A DNA stretch of 64,000 bases from an uncultured cyanobacterium (lineage in GTDB: Bacteria; Cyanobacteriota; Cyanobacteriia; Cyanobacteriales; Nostocaceae), in contig CAVUDP010000003.1 of NCBI GenBank assembly GCA_963740315.1, forward strand, positions 416,001-480,000. The letters are read 5' to 3'. Positions 62,125 through 64,000 of this stretch are shown piece after piece (position 1 is the first letter of the stretch; each line of letters starts with the position of its first letter). Under the pieces are notes generated by a model. The model was not told where the DNA came from. It saw only the letters and a program-made list of their open reading frames with translations, and ran no database searches. The translations under genes and the position numbers were made by a program.

Positions 62125-62191
62125 GGAACCGCCCGAACAGTAGTCCGGGCGGAGTGTGGTGTGAGGAGTGAACGGAAACATGCGTCTCCGC
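62125..62191 (-). ncRNA. yfr1: Yfr1 small RNA
   Basis: Minus strand: 5' hairpin, conserved ACTCCTCACAC, then CCGCCCG...CGGGCGG terminator stem; canonical position between guaB and trxA. Confidence 0.92.
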
Positions 62192-62396
62192 TATCTCTAT
62201 TGTAGGCGACATATGCGATTTTTCCAGCCATAGTTTAAAAGTAAGGAAAAATTTCTTTAAGAGAATGTTGGACATTTAGCGCGAACGCTTGAAAATAGTT
62301 AGTTATTAACGGGCTTTTTTGCATAATAACTATACACCCACCAATCGTTAACTATTGGATATTTCTTGTAACTCGTAGCTTTCAACTCAATTTACC

Positions 62397-63560
62397 TTAT
62401 TTACCCATGCCTAAATGCTGAGCTTTCTGGTAAACTTTACCTTCGGTTAATAGTGATGGAGCAATGACAACTTCAACCTGTTGCATCTCTTTAATATTTT
62501 TTGCTCCAAGAGTACCCATACTTGTTTTGAGAGCGCCTAAAAGATTATGAGTACCATCATCAAGTTGCGCCGGTCCGGTTAATATTTGCTCTAGAGTACC
62601 AGTTTTACCTACATTAATGCGAGTACCCCTCGGCAATACTGGAGATGGGGTTGCCATGCCCCAGTGATAGCCACGCCCCGGTGCTTCGGCGCATCTGGCA
62701 AAGGGAGAACCAATCATTACACCATCGGCACCGCAAGCAATACATTTACAGATATCGCCGCCAGTGATTAAACCGCCATCGGCAATTACTGGCACGTAAT
62801 TCCCGGTTTCGTTGTAATAATCATCTCGCGCTGCCGCACAATCGGCGATCGCACTGGCTTGGGGTACGCCTACACCCAACACTCCACGGGAAGTACAGGC
62901 AGCACCTGGACCTATTCCGATTAATACCGCAGCAGCACCAGCTTTCATTAAGTTAAGGGTGACTTCATAACTTACACAGTTACCCAAAGCTACCGGCATG
63001 GGCATTTCTCGGCAAAACTGGGCTAAATCCAAAGGGATTATCGATTCGGGTGATAGGTGTGCCGTAGAAACCACCGTGGCTTGGACAAAGAATAAATCTG
63101 CCCCAGCTTCGGCGACTACCGAACCGTATTTACTAGCCCCTACTGGAGTAGCGCTAACCGCAGCAATACCACCGCTCGATTTAATTTCTTGGATGCGTTG
63201 CTTGACCAACTCTGCTTTAATTGGTTCGGCATAAAGTTCTTGCATCAAGGGTACAAATTCATCTTTGTTTACCCCAGCAATACGGTCTAAAATTGGCTCT
63301 GGATTTTCATATCGGGTTTGGATGCCCTCTAAATTAAGTACTCCTAATGCTCCTAACTCTGACAAACGTACAGCCATGCGAACATCAACGACACCATCCA
63401 TTGCACTGGCAATAATTGGGATTTCTCGCTCAATATTGCCGATACGCCATTTAGTATCAGCCAAAGAAGGATCTAATGTTCTTGTACCTGGTACTAAAGC
63501 AATTTCATCAATACCGTAAGCCCTACGGGCTGTTTTTCCTCGCCCAATTTGAATATCCAC
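62397..63560 (-). CDS. guaB: IMP dehydrogenase-related protein (GuaB3 family)
   Basis: SAMD, GIGPGAACTSR, ADGG, GMAT; no CBS domains. Confidence 0.92.
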   Translation of the reverse strand: MDIQIGRGKTARRAYGIDEIALVPGTRTLDPSLADTKWRIGNIEREIPIIASAMDGVVDVRMAVRLSELGALGVLNLEGIQTRYENPEPILDRIAGVNKDEFVPLMQELYAEPIKAELVKQRIQEIKSSGGIAAVSATPVGASKYGSVVAEAGADLFFVQATVVSTAHLSPESIIPLDLAQFCREMPMPVALGNCVSYEVTLNLMKAGAAAVLIGIGPGAACTSRGVLGVGVPQASAIADCAAARDDYYNETGNYVPVIADGGLITGGDICKCIACGADGVMIGSPFARCAEAPGRGYHWGMATPSPVLPRGTRINVGKTGTLEQILTGPAQLDDGTHNLLGALKTSMGTLGAKNIKEMQQVEVVIAPSLLTEGKVYQKAQHLGMGK

Positions 63561-64000
63561 GTGCTTCTACTTATTCCAATCTATTTAAGCTAGGGTATCA
63601 AATTGTGGGTGTATTATAATCCTTTTTTTTTTGAAACTAATTGTTTCTGGTAGAAGAGATAAAAAATCACATTAAAAAGTCATTGATAAATATGTATAGT
63701 TATACTAATAAAGGAATTTTACAGGGGCGCGTTATTAGTTTTTGCTTCATCCTCGTGACAGCGCCCCTGTCGCTCATACATCATAATTATCAGCATTCTC
63801 AGCTATATGTAAGCCTATTGCTGTAGTAGCAAAGAGTTTAAAGAAAAACAATTAGACAAATATCTAAGTATTACTTCTCTTATATTTTTATAGCAATGGT
63901 CATATTTAATACTTTTTATGTACTAATCTACAAGCAATATACGAAATAGTTTTTCTCAAAAAATCCTTTATTCAAGTAATGAATTTTACTAAATATTATT

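Noticed and set aside
2314..63826. Many short antisense or nested ORFs in the ORF track
   Set aside because: They are shadows of well-supported genes on the other strand or frame.

Overview
AT-rich cyanobacterial chromosome segment. The HIP1 octamer GCGATCGC, petCA, Yfr1 and many STRR/REP-like repeats point to a filamentous Nostocales such as Rivularia or Calothrix (inference). Core genes include a bcsA-like GT2, trhO, mazG, slt, tatC, petC-petA, the mysABC sunscreen genes, GH57, rsgA-tusA-dnaJ-dnaK-grpE, pilB-pilT-pilC, DUF2997-DUF1257-ferredoxin and trxA-Yfr1-guaB-like. The standout is a ~11.7 kb minus-strand defence island just downstream of tRNA-Val(TAC), at 7694-19352. It holds an SspABCD-type DNA phosphorothioation module (DUF4007, large P-loop ATPase, PAPS-reductase-like protein, cysteine desulfurase). 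I see no SspE, SspFGH, DndFGH or PglZ in it; instead it encloses a PD-(D/E)xK protein, an HNH nuclease, a MORC-like GHKL ATPase and a PLD/HKD nuclease, a candidate non-canonical PT-linked restriction system. Other notable items: an amber stop 33 codons before the apparent end of sspC; a STAND-WD40 gene split by a frameshift in a repeat tract; perfect 72-bp and near-perfect 107-bp tandem arrays built from REP-like units; a MITE with filled and empty sites side by side; and a long structured mysA leader. All family calls come from motif recognition by eye, with no database searches.
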